This document shows positions 63,199 to 64,000 of a DNA stretch of 64,000 bases, one piece after another. Location: NCBI GenBank assembly GCA_934167485.1, contig CAKPKL010000007.1, positions 12,186 to 76,185 of the forward strand. Reading direction: 5' to 3'. The position numbers and the translations under genes were made by a program. This DNA comes from an uncultured Bacilli bacterium. Its GTDB lineage: Bacteria; Bacillota_I; Bacilli_A; RF39; UBA660. The stretch's first letter is position 1; every line of letters starts with the position of its first letter. The notes under the pieces were generated by a model, which saw only the letters and a list, made by a program, of their open reading frames with translations, was not told the origin of the DNA and searched no databases.

Positions 63199-64000
63199 AT
63201 GGATGAGAGATTAAAAAAATTAAGTAATACAATAGTAAATTATTCAGTAAATGTAAAAGAAAATGATAGGGTATTAATACAATATGAAAGTACTAAATGT
63301 AATCCATTAATAAAATGTTTAATAAAAGATATTTATAAAAATAAAGGTATACCATTTGTAAAATTAATAGATAATGAGTTAAATTCATTAATACTAGAGA
63401 ATTCTAATAGTAGTGTTATAGATGAAATGGTAAAACAAAAAACTTATGAAGTTGATAACTTTGATGTTTTTATTAGAATTTGTTATACAGAAAATGAATA
63501 TGAAGACAAAGATATTAAAAGTTCTATAAGGAAGGAATTAGGTTCTAAAACTCAAGAAGTTGATGACATTAGAATAAATGAAAGAAGATGGACATTACTT
63601 AATTATCCATCACTTGTAGATGCTTATAAAGCACATATGAAATATGATGATTTTTATAATTATGCGATAGATGTTATGAATGTGGATTACAAGAGTTTAT
63701 CAGATAAGATAAAGCCATTGAAAGAACTAATGGAAAAAACTGATAAAGTAAGGATAGTAGGGCCAGATACAGATTTAACATTTAGTATAAAAGGTATGCC
63801 AGCAATACCTTGTTGTGGTACAGCTAATATACCGGATGGTGAACTTTACACAGCTCCTGTAAAAACTAGTGTAAATGGAGTTATAACATATAATACTCCA
63901 TCACCATATCATGGCAATATATTTAATAATATTAGATTAGAATTTAAGGATGGTCAAATAGTAAACTGTTCAACAACAGAACATAATGATTTATTGAAAG
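63199..64000 (+). CDS. M29-family aminopeptidase (AmpS/PepS-like), with the 3' end outside the window
   Basis: MDERLKKLSNTIVNYSVNVKENDRVLI... and later NIPDGELYTAPV are typical of M29 aminopeptidases. The frame is open to the window end. Confidence 0.75.
   Translation, partial: MDERLKKLSNTIVNYSVNVKENDRVLIQYESTKCNPLIKCLIKDIYKNKGIPFVKLIDNELNSLILENSNSSVIDEMVKQKTYEVDNFDVFIRICYTENEYEDKDIKSSIRKELGSKTQEVDDIRINERRWTLLNYPSLVDAYKAHMKYDDFYNYAIDVMNVDYKSLSDKIKPLKELMEKTDKVRIVGPDTDLTFSIKGMPAIPCCGTANIPDGELYTAPVKTSVNGVITYNTPSPYHGNIFNNIRLEFKDGQIVNCSTTEHNDLLK

Overview
Very AT-rich chromosome segment from a spore-forming Firmicute. Sporulation genes present are spoVID/sipL-like, cotS/ysxE-like, yabG and veg. 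TGA, TAA and TAG all act as stops.

Conserved backbone: hemW (partial), recG, hsp20, mnmA, a ZIP transporter, small enzymes, the sporulation cluster, tmRNA, tRNA-Cys, a heterodimeric ABC exporter, tRNA-Gly, an OmpR/HK two-component system, nrdD-nrdG, lspA-rluD and an M29 aminopeptidase (partial).

Four accessory or unusual blocks stand out.

(1) 3467-23877: a tandem array of three decayed integrative elements, all inserted at one attachment site. That site looks like the 3' end of a small promoter-plus-terminator transcript just downstream of recG. Each junction repeats CCCCCTGAAG, a hairpin and ATTTTTGTTTAT, and each element has its own arm-type direct repeats. Cargo includes a Type III R-M system, an AlbA_2/Schlafen-like protein, several large orphan proteins and a MobV relaxase fused to a tyrosine-recombinase catalytic domain.

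(2) 24635-30343: a self-contained two-gene operon between hsp20 and mnmA. It encodes a 1320-aa repeat protein ending in a calcineurin-like metallophosphoesterase, and a 559-aa protein with two RNxxAH (HEPN-type) motifs. This is my best candidate for an undescribed RNA-targeting defence or toxin module.

(3) 58317-60896: a diversity-generating retroelement relic. A prepilin-type/DUF1566-like target carries a GC-rich variable region, followed by an AAC-rich template repeat, a MutS-domain-I-like gene and an Avd-like gene. No reverse transcriptase is present.

(4) Single-gene oddities: nrdD is split by one in-frame TAA followed by a perfect SD and ATG, leaving the glycyl-radical segment as a 56-aa ORF. 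A second prepilin-type gene is interrupted at an A7 tract. There are also several pseudogenes.

No CRISPR array, rRNA or transposase was seen. All domain calls come from motif recognition by eye, not from searches.
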